In this document: piece by piece, positions 1-7,389 of the stretch | Numbering within the stretch: the first letter of the stretch is position 1 | Layout: the number at the start of each line of letters is the position of its first letter | IMG/VR virus record: IMGVR_UViG_3300045988_173425 | Span: 36,970 to 100,969 of that record | DNA: 64,000 bases | Strand: one strand, 5' to 3' | From: a virus | Notes under the pieces: generated by a model | What the model saw: the letters and a program-made list of their open reading frames with translations, nothing else | Told to the model about the DNA's origin: nothing | The model's database searches: none | Made by a program: the position numbers and the translations under genes

Positions 1-182
1 AAACTCCGGACGAAGAACTCTCCAACAGCGCCTTCGCTGCGGTTAACGTGTCGGCCAACGGCGCACGCTACACAGAACTGATTTACGGCACGGGTGACAC
101 GATTTGTAAACGTGTCTACTTTACCGCCGACGAGTTCGCCAAGGTTGTAGAAGCAATTAAACAATTTAACGATAAGAAATAA
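1..182 (+). CDS. partial CDS, 3' end only (enters from upstream of window)
   Basis: Reading frame is open from the window edge to TAA at 180-182, 1 nt before the next ATG (184). No motif recognised. Confidence 0.45.
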   Translation, partial: TPDEELSNSAFAAVNVSANGARYTELIYGTGDTICKRVYFTADEFAKVVEAIKQFNDKK

Positions 183-183
183 C

Positions 184-1011
184 ATGAAAACGTACCTTAT
201 CAACCAGTTCAAGACCAAGGAAGAGGTGATGGACGCCATCATCGACGTATTCAAGCGCCGCGAAGATTGGTGCGAGGCTGAAGCCCATCGCACCGGTACC
301 AACCCCGAGCCGTCATTCAAGGCTCAAAAGGCATACGACCTCGCCTTCCAAACGATGGGTGGTAACTCGTTCAAGCCTGGCGAGTACCAGCACACAAAGC
401 GCTATATGGTCGATTACCTGAAGAATATGGAGTGCCTGTTCCGTGAAGCGCGTGAGCGTTGGCTGCGCTTCTACCTCCAAGACACCTACCTCCGGTCGCC
501 GGAGGGGAGGGCACGCCAACAGGAGTTACTCAACACCATCAATCACAACAACGCCGAACTGGACCGCCAAAACAAAACGCTCCTCACCCAGTTGAATAAG
601 TTCGTTGAAGAGCACCGCAACTGCGAAGACTGGCGCGTGGCACGTTTCACCGAGAACTCCGTGACGTTTGGGTTGGCCGACGCTAAAGGCGAAATCGTTG
701 AAAAGTCGGCGCTGACGTTCTACATCGACCGTGGCGTCAGTGGTAACGATGAGCCCACGCTGGTAACAGCGGTGGACAATCACGGGCGTTTTTCGTGCGA
801 CGACGTGAATATCCAGGTCGTGCGCTATGCGTGGATGGGGGTGTTGCTGTTGGCAGGTCGTCTTAAATCGCTTAAAGACCTCTTGCTGGTATACGGGTCC
901 GCCGCAGCTAAAATCGCGACTGCCATCAGCACTGCCAACGTTCAACTGAAAGAACTCGGTCTTGAAGACTTTGAAGCCGCGTTCAACGAATACGAACTCC
1001 AAAACTGGTAA
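184..1011 (+). CDS. hypothetical protein (275 aa)
   Basis: Long ATG ORF, co-directional and tightly packed with neighbours. Antisense ORFs are shorter shadows. No motif recognised. Confidence 0.8.
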   Translation: MKTYLINQFKTKEEVMDAIIDVFKRREDWCEAEAHRTGTNPEPSFKAQKAYDLAFQTMGGNSFKPGEYQHTKRYMVDYLKNMECLFREARERWLRFYLQDTYLRSPEGRARQQELLNTINHNNAELDRQNKTLLTQLNKFVEEHRNCEDWRVARFTENSVTFGLADAKGEIVEKSALTFYIDRGVSGNDEPTLVTAVDNHGRFSCDDVNIQVVRYAWMGVLLLAGRLKSLKDLLLVYGSAAAKIATAISTANVQLKELGLEDFEAAFNEYELQNW

Positions 1012-1016
1012 AAGCG

Positions 1017-1316
1017 ATGAACCCTACTTTCATCAACCTCTACGTCGTAAACGCCACCGCCAACAGCGACCTTCGTGATATGTCTGTTGACGAACGACGC
1101 CGTGTGGAAGAGCGACGGCTGATAACGGCTCGTGAGTTGTTACCCGGCACCAACGTCTTGACCAACGTAACCATCAACAGCGAACTCCGCACCGCCATCA
1201 TGGTCCCTCGCTTAACACGCCGTGAAGTGGCTGATGCGTGGCACACCCTGACGACTGTATTCGGCGACTTCAACCCCGACCGCGTGATGTTCGAGAAAAT
1301 AGAAATCGAAGTTTAA
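1017..1316 (+). CDS. hypothetical protein (99 aa)
   Basis: ATG ORF 5 nt after the previous stop, co-directional. No motif recognised. Confidence 0.7.
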   Translation: MNPTFINLYVVNATANSDLRDMSVDERRRVEERRLITARELLPGTNVLTNVTINSELRTAIMVPRLTRREVADAWHTLTTVFGDFNPDRVMFEKIEIEV

Positions 1317-1335
1317 TCCCCTAATATCGTGAATT

Positions 1336-1563
1336 ATGGCACCTAATCGAGTAACTCGTGCGACGGCCATGGCTACGGCCCGTGACTACGCCCGCACTCA
1401 TTCCAAAGAAGCCGTCCGTGTACAGGTAGCGCTGTACCGTGATCAGGTCAAGTCCCTCAATCGCGCCAAGGCCAACGCCAGCGAAGAAGAAGTTCGTCGG
1501 TTGTGCGAACGTATAGCCGACACCCGTGAGTTGTTACGAGCGTTCGAGAAGGAGGCCCAGTAA
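1336..1563 (+). CDS. hypothetical protein (75 aa, basic/helical)
   Basis: ATG ORF, co-directional. No motif recognised. Confidence 0.65.
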   Translation: MAPNRVTRATAMATARDYARTHSKEAVRVQVALYRDQVKSLNRAKANASEEEVRRLCERIADTRELLRAFEKEAQ

Positions 1564-1603
1564 ACCGCCAAAACCCATTTAATCACTCAAATAGTACAAC
1601 ACA

Positions 1604-2596
1604 ATGGAAAACACAAAACCTATCAGCGTCTTCAACGCTACCGAACCCCTCCGCATCAACGACCAAGCGTCAATCACCCGCGGCCAGGTCCTGTTCCTTT
1701 ACGCCGTGGCTGCCGCAGCGGCTGACGTGCCGGTGATCGTACGGCTGGATGAAGGTCCGCTGCCGTTCACTGGCGTTGACGAAGCAGCGCCGCGTTATGG
1801 CGACGTACGCACGTGGCTGGGGATGTTCCTCGACGCCAACTTGGCGTTCCGCGTGATGATGCCTATTCCCGACGGAGGTCGCGTCACGGAAGAAATCAAG
1901 AAGATGTCTCACGAGTGCACCGACGCAGGGCTGTTGGAGTTCCACGCCGACGACGACACGCTCCGTTTCACCGCTCTTGGCGTTGAGGCCATCAACCTCT
2001 ACGGTTGGGTGTTCGAGAACGAGTGGCGCACGATTGAGAGCATCGTGCTGAAGATCGTCAACGACCGCTACGGCCACTGCGGTATTGGCGTTGAGGCGTG
2101 CACCGAACACGTCACCACGCTCAACCCGCGAGATCTGACGGGCCAGTTCGTGCTGGTAGACACCGACCTCATGGCAGCCACGTATCGCCGCACCGACGGT
2201 ATGCTGGTAGCGAACGTCTTTGGCGTTGGAACGTTCATCGTCGAACGGCTGTGTGCCGTCAACACGTCGCTGTTGGCCGCGCTGGCTGACGAAGGTATGG
2301 CGGAGCGTAACACCACTGACGAAATCCTCGACGAGTATCATCGCCGTTTCAAGGCAGCGTCGGAGGCTTACCAGCGTGAACACGGCATCGTCAACGACCC
2401 CGAACCTGAAGAAGCACCTCAAGACGGCGCTATGGCCCAGTTGGCTGCCGCGCTGGGTAAGGCTCTTGGCCATGGCGTCGGTCTGAAGCGTGTAGACATC
2501 CCTCACGACGGTGGTGAACCCACGGTGACGGACCTTGGCGAAAAGGTCGCTGATGCTGAAGTGGTGATCGAAGCCGCCGACAAGCCTGTGTCGTAA
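1604..2596 (+). CDS. hypothetical protein (330 aa)
   Basis: Long ATG ORF followed by a terminator hairpin. The 278-aa antisense ORF is treated as a shadow. Confidence 0.8.
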   Translation: MENTKPISVFNATEPLRINDQASITRGQVLFLYAVAAAAADVPVIVRLDEGPLPFTGVDEAAPRYGDVRTWLGMFLDANLAFRVMMPIPDGGRVTEEIKKMSHECTDAGLLEFHADDDTLRFTALGVEAINLYGWVFENEWRTIESIVLKIVNDRYGHCGIGVEACTEHVTTLNPRDLTGQFVLVDTDLMAATYRRTDGMLVANVFGVGTFIVERLCAVNTSLLAALADEGMAERNTTDEILDEYHRRFKAASEAYQREHGIVNDPEPEEAPQDGAMAQLAAALGKALGHGVGLKRVDIPHDGGEPTVTDLGEKVADAEVVIEAADKPVS

Positions 2597-2620
2597 CGAC
2601 GCTTTGGCGTTGACGCTTTT

Positions 2621-2655
2621 AGCCGCCTTGGATTTAGGTCCTTGGCGGCTTTTCT
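2621..2655 (+). terminator. intrinsic terminator-like hairpin
   Basis: AGCCGCC(TTGG)...(CCTT)GGCGGCT stem followed by TTTCTGTT, 25 nt after the stop of 1604-2596. Confidence 0.55.
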
Positions 2656-2660
2656 GTTGG

Positions 2661-2750
2661 CGTCCTCCTCCCCCTTTTCCCCCTTATGGTTCTCTTCCCC
2701 CCCTACCCCCTTTTACTCCTTTACCCCCTATAATCCCCCTTCTCCGCTTT
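2661..2750 (+). repeat. pyrimidine tract with six C5-C7 runs (G-runs on the - strand)
   Basis: Read directly. C-runs lie at 2670-2674, 2679-2683, 2697-2703, 2706-2710, 2724-2728 and 2735-2739, within an almost purely C/T stretch. This tract produces the artefactual Pro-rich ORFs in the track. Confidence 0.9.
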
Positions 2751-2754
2751 TCCG

Positions 2755-2930
2755 GTATAAACACCAAAAGACACTGGTGTTTATACTTTCGAGAGACTTC
2801 GTCTCTCCTCGCGCACATACGTGCGCTCACGTGCTTACGCACGCTCATACGCATACGCGAGACACATGCCAGCGAGAACACGTGTGTACCACCCCGCGTG
2901 CGCCTATACGCGCGTGACCAACACGCCAAC
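2755..2930. promoter_or_regulatory. cluster of perfect hairpins and alternating purine-pyrimidine repeats (candidate origin/regulatory region)
   Basis: Hairpins: GTATAAACACC(A)/(T)GGTGTTTATAC at 2755-2786; GAGAGAC-TTC-GTCTCTC at 2791-2807; GCGCAC-ATAC-GTGCGC at 2811-2826; CGTGC-TTAC-GCACG just after. Also an ACACGTGT palindrome near 2880 and reiterated ATACGC / CGCGTG units. No credible ORF. Confidence 0.4.
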
Positions 2931-2987
2931 AGCCAGCCATCATTCACAGCCAACGTTATTCACTTCGTAAACAAACAACACTTCAGA

Positions 2988-3533
2988 ATGAAACGATATT
3001 TCCAACGCTTCGTTGAATGGCTTTACGCCGACCGCGTGGCTGATGCTATTGGCACAGCGGTGACGCGTGAACTACGTCGGCGGATGCCTGAATTACGCGA
3101 CGACGAAGACTTGGCGCCTTTAACTCACCAAGACGTTTACGCCACAGTGGTGATTAACCTTCCTTCGCCAGCAGAAGTTATTCACGCCAACTGGGGTGAC
3201 GCCAACGAACTTCACTTGCGAACCCTTACCGTCAGCGTTGAGGGCTTGAAACTTCAACTCGAAATCACAGCCTCCCGCACCAAGGTGCTTTCAAACCACG
3301 ACGCCAGAATATGCTTTGGCGATTGGGTATACCTGCTGGACGTGAAGGTGACTGGCGACGAAGAGTGTTGGCTGTGGTTCCAGCTGAAGAAGCGTCGTAT
3401 CGCCAACGTTGGTGTTGAAGGCGAAATTCCCTATTGGCGCCAGCGCGGCGTTTACATACCCTTGGTTCATCGCTTCACAGCTGAAGTGTTGAAAGGCGTG
3501 GCACGAGGACTCCAAAATCTTGACGTGTTATGA
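2988..3533 (+). CDS. hypothetical protein (181 aa)
   Basis: Start trimmed from track ORF 2604 to the first ATG after the C-tract (MKRYFQRF...). The upstream extension is low-complexity Pro/Leu read-through of the repeat region. Confidence 0.7.
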   Translation: MKRYFQRFVEWLYADRVADAIGTAVTRELRRRMPELRDDEDLAPLTHQDVYATVVINLPSPAEVIHANWGDANELHLRTLTVSVEGLKLQLEITASRTKVLSNHDARICFGDWVYLLDVKVTGDEECWLWFQLKKRRIANVGVEGEIPYWRQRGVYIPLVHRFTAEVLKGVARGLQNLDVL

Positions 3534-3895
3534 GCGAATTCTTCCACGTTGGCCCCACGTCGGGCCGTGACGCCGAACGTACTCGCACCGAGCAGTTAGA
3601 GCGCCAAAAGCAAGAGCAGCGTTATCTTGGATCAGCCATTCGGCTACCGGGTATGCGGTTATACGAGTTCAACTATAAGACCGGAGAATGTCGCGAGATT
3701 GGTACTGAGATCACGTTGGAATTAGACGTCACCACCGGCACTCCACGTCAGCGTCGGGCAGTGAAGGTCCAGTACAACCCCGATTGCGTTTATTTACAAG
3801 CCTTGAATCACCGTAACGCTATACGCAAACTGACCAAGGCTGGGTACATCAAAATGGTGAAACACGATGGTAAAGGTCCACACGTCAAAGATTGA
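3530..3895 (+). CDS. hypothetical protein (121 aa)
   Basis: ATGA overlap with the upstream stop. Co-directional. Confidence 0.7.
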   Translation: MSEFFHVGPTSGRDAERTRTEQLERQKQEQRYLGSAIRLPGMRLYEFNYKTGECREIGTEITLELDVTTGTPRQRRAVKVQYNPDCVYLQALNHRNAIRKLTKAGYIKMVKHDGKGPHVKD

Positions 3896-4346
3896 CGAAC
3901 AACAGCAGCCTTCCAAGGCTCATAAGATACCCCGCGGTGCCAACGGTCTGCCGCTGTTTGGCGATAAATCAGCCGCTGAAAAATCCCGCCCCTACGACGC
4001 CCAGCGTAACGCCGACGATGGCGTTGACTACGATCTGTCGTTGAGCGATTTTCTGGATCAGGCTGAATCCTTGACCCAGAAAAAGCGCTTGAACGGCATT
4101 TTTATCGAGTTAGGCGACGCAGTGGTCCCGTGGTACGCCGTGCGTTCGTTAGAGCGTGCAGAGCGCTATAATGCCTCGTCAATGCAGTACGAGTTCGGTA
4201 TCGTTATCAACCGCGATACGATGGCCTCTGAAGGCGACAACATCAGCGAGTGGTGGGTAAACGCCACAGCGCGTGACGACGCGTGGTACTTATTACGCCA
4301 ACAACTCGTAGAACTGGGCATCACTATCGTTTCAGCAAAGGTCTAA
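3867..4346 (+). CDS. hypothetical protein (159 aa)
   Basis: ATG ORF overlapping the upstream gene by 29 nt. No motif recognised. Confidence 0.65.
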   Translation: MVKVHTSKIDEQQQPSKAHKIPRGANGLPLFGDKSAAEKSRPYDAQRNADDGVDYDLSLSDFLDQAESLTQKKRLNGIFIELGDAVVPWYAVRSLERAERYNASSMQYEFGIVINRDTMASEGDNISEWWVNATARDDAWYLLRQQLVELGITIVSAKV

Positions 4347-4385
4347 ACAACCCTCATAATCATCAACAATCAAAATTATCGTAAA

Positions 4386-4682
4386 ATGAAAACGCAAGAA
4401 TTTTACAACGTGCTGGCCACCAAAGCCGGCACCACCAAGGCTCAGGCCATCGCACTGGTCCGCGCCTTCGAAGCGGTTCTCGCCGAGGAGGTCCGCGACA
4501 AGGGTGAATCCATCACGCTCAACGGCGTGGGCAAGTTCGCTCTGAAGGACGTTCAGGCTCGTATGAGACGCAACCCCATCACCGGACAGAACGCCGAGGC
4601 CCAGCCGTATCGCACGGTTCAGTTCCGCGCGGCTCACGCCTTCAGGGTGTACGGCGAAACTGCCAAAAAGGGTAAGAAATAA
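4386..4682 (+). CDS. HU/IHF-family (type II) DNA-binding protein
   Basis: 98 aa. MKTQEFYNVLATKAGTTKAQAIALVRAFEAVLAEEV...ITLNGVGKFALKDVQARMRRNPITGQ...VQFRAA matches the HU fold pattern: helix-turn-helix body, then a beta-arm with RxxRNPxTG. Confidence 0.85.
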   Translation: MKTQEFYNVLATKAGTTKAQAIALVRAFEAVLAEEVRDKGESITLNGVGKFALKDVQARMRRNPITGQNAEAQPYRTVQFRAAHAFRVYGETAKKGKK

Positions 4683-4710
4683 CCCAAACTAACAACGTTT
4701 GCTTTCGCAG

Positions 4711-4746
4711 TCCGTCAGGGAGGTGGTTTGCCCTGACGGATTTTTC
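4711..4746 (+). terminator. rho-independent terminator
   Basis: Perfect 10-bp stem TCCGTCAGGG / CCCTGACGGA with a 10-nt loop, followed by TTTTT. Lies 29 nt after the HU-like stop. Confidence 0.8.
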
Positions 4747-5000
4747 GTTACTTACACGCCAACGTTATACTACCTGAAACGAGCGATACGCCGACTTACG
4801 CCAAGTGACGAAATGAGGTTTAGCAGTTAGTGTAGTTCTTTTCCAGTTGGCGTTCTGTAGTTTCTAACGGGCCGAAAGGTCAACCAAATTGTCTCCAAGG
4901 CAGCAACGCAGACTTCCTCCATAGCGAGCGCCGGAGCGGAGGAGACAGACTCGAACCGAGGGATAGAGTATAACGGACGCCGCAGTCCGATCCCTCACTT

Positions 5001-5074
5001 TGAGGTGTGGTGTAATGGTAACACACGAGATTTTGGTTCTCGCGTTGGAGGTTCGAATCCTTCCATCTCAACCA
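5001..5074 (+). tRNA. tRNA-Gln (anticodon UUG), CCA encoded
   Basis: Folded by hand. 7-bp acceptor stem (U1-A72, one G-U); D stem GTGT/ACAC with GG in the loop; anticodon stem CGAGA/TCTCG with loop TT-TTG-GT; 4-nt variable region; T arm GGAGG-TTCGAAT-CCTTC; discriminator A then CCA. Confidence 0.85.
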
Positions 5075-5425
5075 GCGCCGACGAGTGCGGCACGGCAAAA
5101 TGAACACTCGCTGGATCGTCGTCCAGAAAGAGGAGTGATACAGGGTGATGAACCTGAAGCCACTCCGAGGATCGTACCGAAGACCGTGTGAGAATCAGGG
5201 ACACGTTAACTCCCTGACGGAATTAACACCCAAGGTTAACTACCAGTGGACGCCCGGCCGGCAAAGGGAACCGCAATAGGTCGCTGCTCTTGTTAACTTG
5301 GGTGTTTCTTTTAGAAGAGAGAAACGCGGATAACCGCCGCGGGAGATCAAAGATGTCCGCCGCCACGTCGGAGAAGGCATTAAACCGATTGCGTAAGCGC
5401 TCCCGCGGCGGTCTCTTCTTTGTAA
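5075..5425 (+). ncRNA. candidate structured RNA(s) / leader downstream of the tRNA (unclassified)
   Basis: No ORF of 60 aa or more. Long-range pairings: 5225-5240 (AACACCCAAGGTTAAC) with 5292-5306 (GTTAACTTGGGTGTT); 12-bp perfect CCGCCGCGGGAG (5334-5345) with CTCCCGCGGCGG (5400-5411), extended by AGAAGAGA (5313-5320) / TCTCTTCT (5412-5419). Several 6-7 bp local hairpins. Confidence 0.25.
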
Positions 5426-5438
5426 AGTAAAAACGAAG

Positions 5439-6107
5439 ATGAAGAAAAGTAACTATTTGGTGTTTGACTGCGAGACCGGAGGCCTTGACCCCTCAGAAAA
5501 CCCCATAACGCAATTTGCAGCCGTTGTGTTAGACTTTAACACCCTGAAAGAGGTAGACCGCTGGGAGACCTACATAAAGCCGTACAACGGTCTCCAAATA
5601 ACGAAGACAGCCATCGAGAAAACGATGGTGAATATGGCTGAGGTGAATCGCGGTATGGAACTGAATGCGTTTATTGAGGCGTTTGGACGGTTTTGTACCC
5701 AGAACTTCGGTGACGTAAAGGGTAAGGACCAGCGGCGTCTGATTGGTGTTGGCCACAACGTGCTGTTCGACGTCGGGATGTTGGAAGCGGCGTTCTATTA
5801 CTCGTCGTACGCCAAAAAGCAAAGCCTGTTCACCTACATCCAAGACCAGACGCTGGACACGATGTACCTCTCGAAAATGATGTACGGCTTGACGGGTGAT
5901 GAAAAAATGACGTTGGGTGCCACGTGTGAACGCGCAGGAATCGTTCTTACGGACGCTCACGGAGCGATGAACGACGTTGAAGCCACGGCTGGGTACTTCC
6001 GCTACTGCGTACAGCGTTTGAGGGCTGTAGGCGGCTCGTTACCCACAGCGGAGAAAAAGGCGCGCCGTCGTGGTAACGAGTTCTTCGAATTTAAGTGCGC
6101 CAAATAA
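5439..6107 (+). CDS. DnaQ-like DEDDh 3'-5' exonuclease
   Basis: Exo I FDCETGG, Exo II GHNVLFDVGML, Exo III HGAMNDVEA (H-x4-D), in canonical order and spacing. Confidence 0.8.
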   Translation: MKKSNYLVFDCETGGLDPSENPITQFAAVVLDFNTLKEVDRWETYIKPYNGLQITKTAIEKTMVNMAEVNRGMELNAFIEAFGRFCTQNFGDVKGKDQRRLIGVGHNVLFDVGMLEAAFYYSSYAKKQSLFTYIQDQTLDTMYLSKMMYGLTGDEKMTLGATCERAGIVLTDAHGAMNDVEATAGYFRYCVQRLRAVGGSLPTAEKKARRRGNEFFEFKCAK

Positions 6108-6157
6108 CAATCGCCAACGTTATACAATACGTCAAACAACAAAACCGTATAACGAAA

Positions 6158-6847
6158 ATGGACAAGCAACAATTCATTACAGGCATTAAGGCGTCAATCG
6201 CTGAAATCTTTGAGCGTTCCCGCGATAAGTGGGTAAGCGTGAGAGAACCCGGAGCGTCGTTCGGCGCTATATTAGCCGCCAACGGCGTCAACAAGAAATA
6301 CACGCCGCCGCTTTTCGACGTGTTGACGAAAAACGGACTCATCGAGCGCGAAAGCGTTGGAACAGGGGTGCGTTACCGCTATCAGTCGCAGGCTTGTACA
6401 ACTCCTGATCTTGATAAGTTGGCTGAAAAGGTGTATGAAGCCCTTTGCGCGTATCACGCCGCTCGCCGTACCGACGGTCGTCCTAAACGTGTAACCCCCC
6501 CGCGCGACGTCAGCCAGAACGGAAATGTCAAACGTTTTGAGGGCAAACTGCTGCCTAATATTGGCGATTCGCGATATATACTTCACGTCGACTTCGGGCT
6601 GGCTCAGGTGGTGGAGGTTAAGATCATCGGCATTATGCGTGATATTACCAACGGCCGCTATACGTTCAACTTGGCATATCGCCTGTCTGATGAAGACGAC
6701 TTGGTGTACACTAACGACGTTCCGCTGCGTGATTTATTCACCAAACCGGAAGACATATTCGCCCACCTCCAGCGGACGATGATTCGCTTTCACGGCGAGT
6801 TGTTTCCAACTATAAAACGAGAAACCGTAAAACAAAATGGCAGATAA
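6158..6847 (+). CDS. hypothetical protein (229 aa)
   Basis: Start moved from 6095 to ATG 6158 (MDKQQF...), downstream of the previous stop and of the GCCAACGTTAT motif at 6113. Confidence 0.7.
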   Translation: MDKQQFITGIKASIAEIFERSRDKWVSVREPGASFGAILAANGVNKKYTPPLFDVLTKNGLIERESVGTGVRYRYQSQACTTPDLDKLAEKVYEALCAYHAARRTDGRPKRVTPPRDVSQNGNVKRFEGKLLPNIGDSRYILHVDFGLAQVVEVKIIGIMRDITNGRYTFNLAYRLSDEDDLVYTNDVPLRDLFTKPEDIFAHLQRTMIRFHGELFPTIKRETVKQNGR

Positions 6848-7313
6848 GACACGTGTCGCTCAAACGCCCGAGGAGGTAGAAGCGGCAAAGAAGTTCACCG
6901 AACAAGACGAAAATCGCCGCTTGGCGTTTTCTAAAGCGTTGGAATTGCTCCGTATTTTGGGCCTCGATAACTTGGAGCGCGAGATGATAGCCCAGCGTCA
7001 GTTCACTCGTACAGGGGTTGTGAAAAAAACAACGCTGTCGCACCGTAAGGCGCTGGACCTACTCGAAACGCTGGCGACGTTCGGTTACGTCGCGTTTCTC
7101 GATACCAACAAGACTAAATTCCGCTTCACCTTCAACGCCGATGACCGCGCAGCGGTCCACAAGGCCAAAATCATACAGCTGACCACCCTGCTGGGCAGTG
7201 CCATCGAAAGCTACAACGATCTGCTCCTGAAGGATTACCCCAAGGACGTATACGAGCGTGAGACGCTGGAAATGGAACGATATTTGAGTACGGCGCTGAA
7301 GTTGAAGAGATGA
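6837..7313 (+). CDS. hypothetical protein; the position immediately upstream of terL would fit a small terminase subunit
   Basis: 158-aa ORF overlapping the upstream gene by 11 nt. The small-terminase idea rests on synteny only. Confidence 0.6.
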   Translation: MADKTRVAQTPEEVEAAKKFTEQDENRRLAFSKALELLRILGLDNLEREMIAQRQFTRTGVVKKTTLSHRKALDLLETLATFGYVAFLDTNKTKFRFTFNADDRAAVHKAKIIQLTTLLGSAIESYNDLLLKDYPKDVYERETLEMERYLSTALKLKR

Positions 7314-7333
7314 GTTTTGTTGTGCGACGCGGT

Positions 7334-7368
7334 AACACCCGGAGGGATTTTCAGTCCCTTTGGGTGTT
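7334..7368 (+). promoter_or_regulatory. imperfect 14-bp hairpin between the putative terS and terL
   Basis: AACACCCGGAGGGA ... TCCCTTTGGGTGTT with two G-U pairs and no U-tract. Function unknown. Confidence 0.3.
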
Positions 7369-7389
7369 GCTATTAAAATGCCTTGACGT

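Noticed and set aside
2604-2987. Pro-rich N-terminal extension of track ORF 2604-3533, and the overlapping ORFs 2642-2917 (+) and 2684-2953 (-)
   Set aside because: The PPPPFPP-type sequence is just the translation of the C/T tract and hairpin cluster, and three frames are open simultaneously there. The first ATG after the repeats (2988) gives a normal-looking protein.
4940-4996. Possible second tRNA on the minus strand just upstream of tRNA-Gln (GGTTCGAGTC T-loop-like sequence)
   Set aside because: I could not build a cloverleaf. The putative T-stem has only 3 pairs, and the 7-bp GAGGGAT/ATCCCTC helix spans ~40 nt, not ~70. There is no D-arm or anticodon arm. Kept only as part of the structured-island finding.
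5001-5074. Suppressor tRNA / stop-codon reassignment, as seen in some gut phages
   Set aside because: The anticodon is UUG (a normal Gln CAA reader), not CUA or UCA. All genes in the window are intact long ORFs under the standard code.
5130-5160. Hammerhead-like core (GGUGAUGAA with a nearby GAAA) in the RNA island
   Set aside because: The conserved C of CUGAUGA is a G here, and the required three-stem arrangement with a UH cleavage site could not be drawn.
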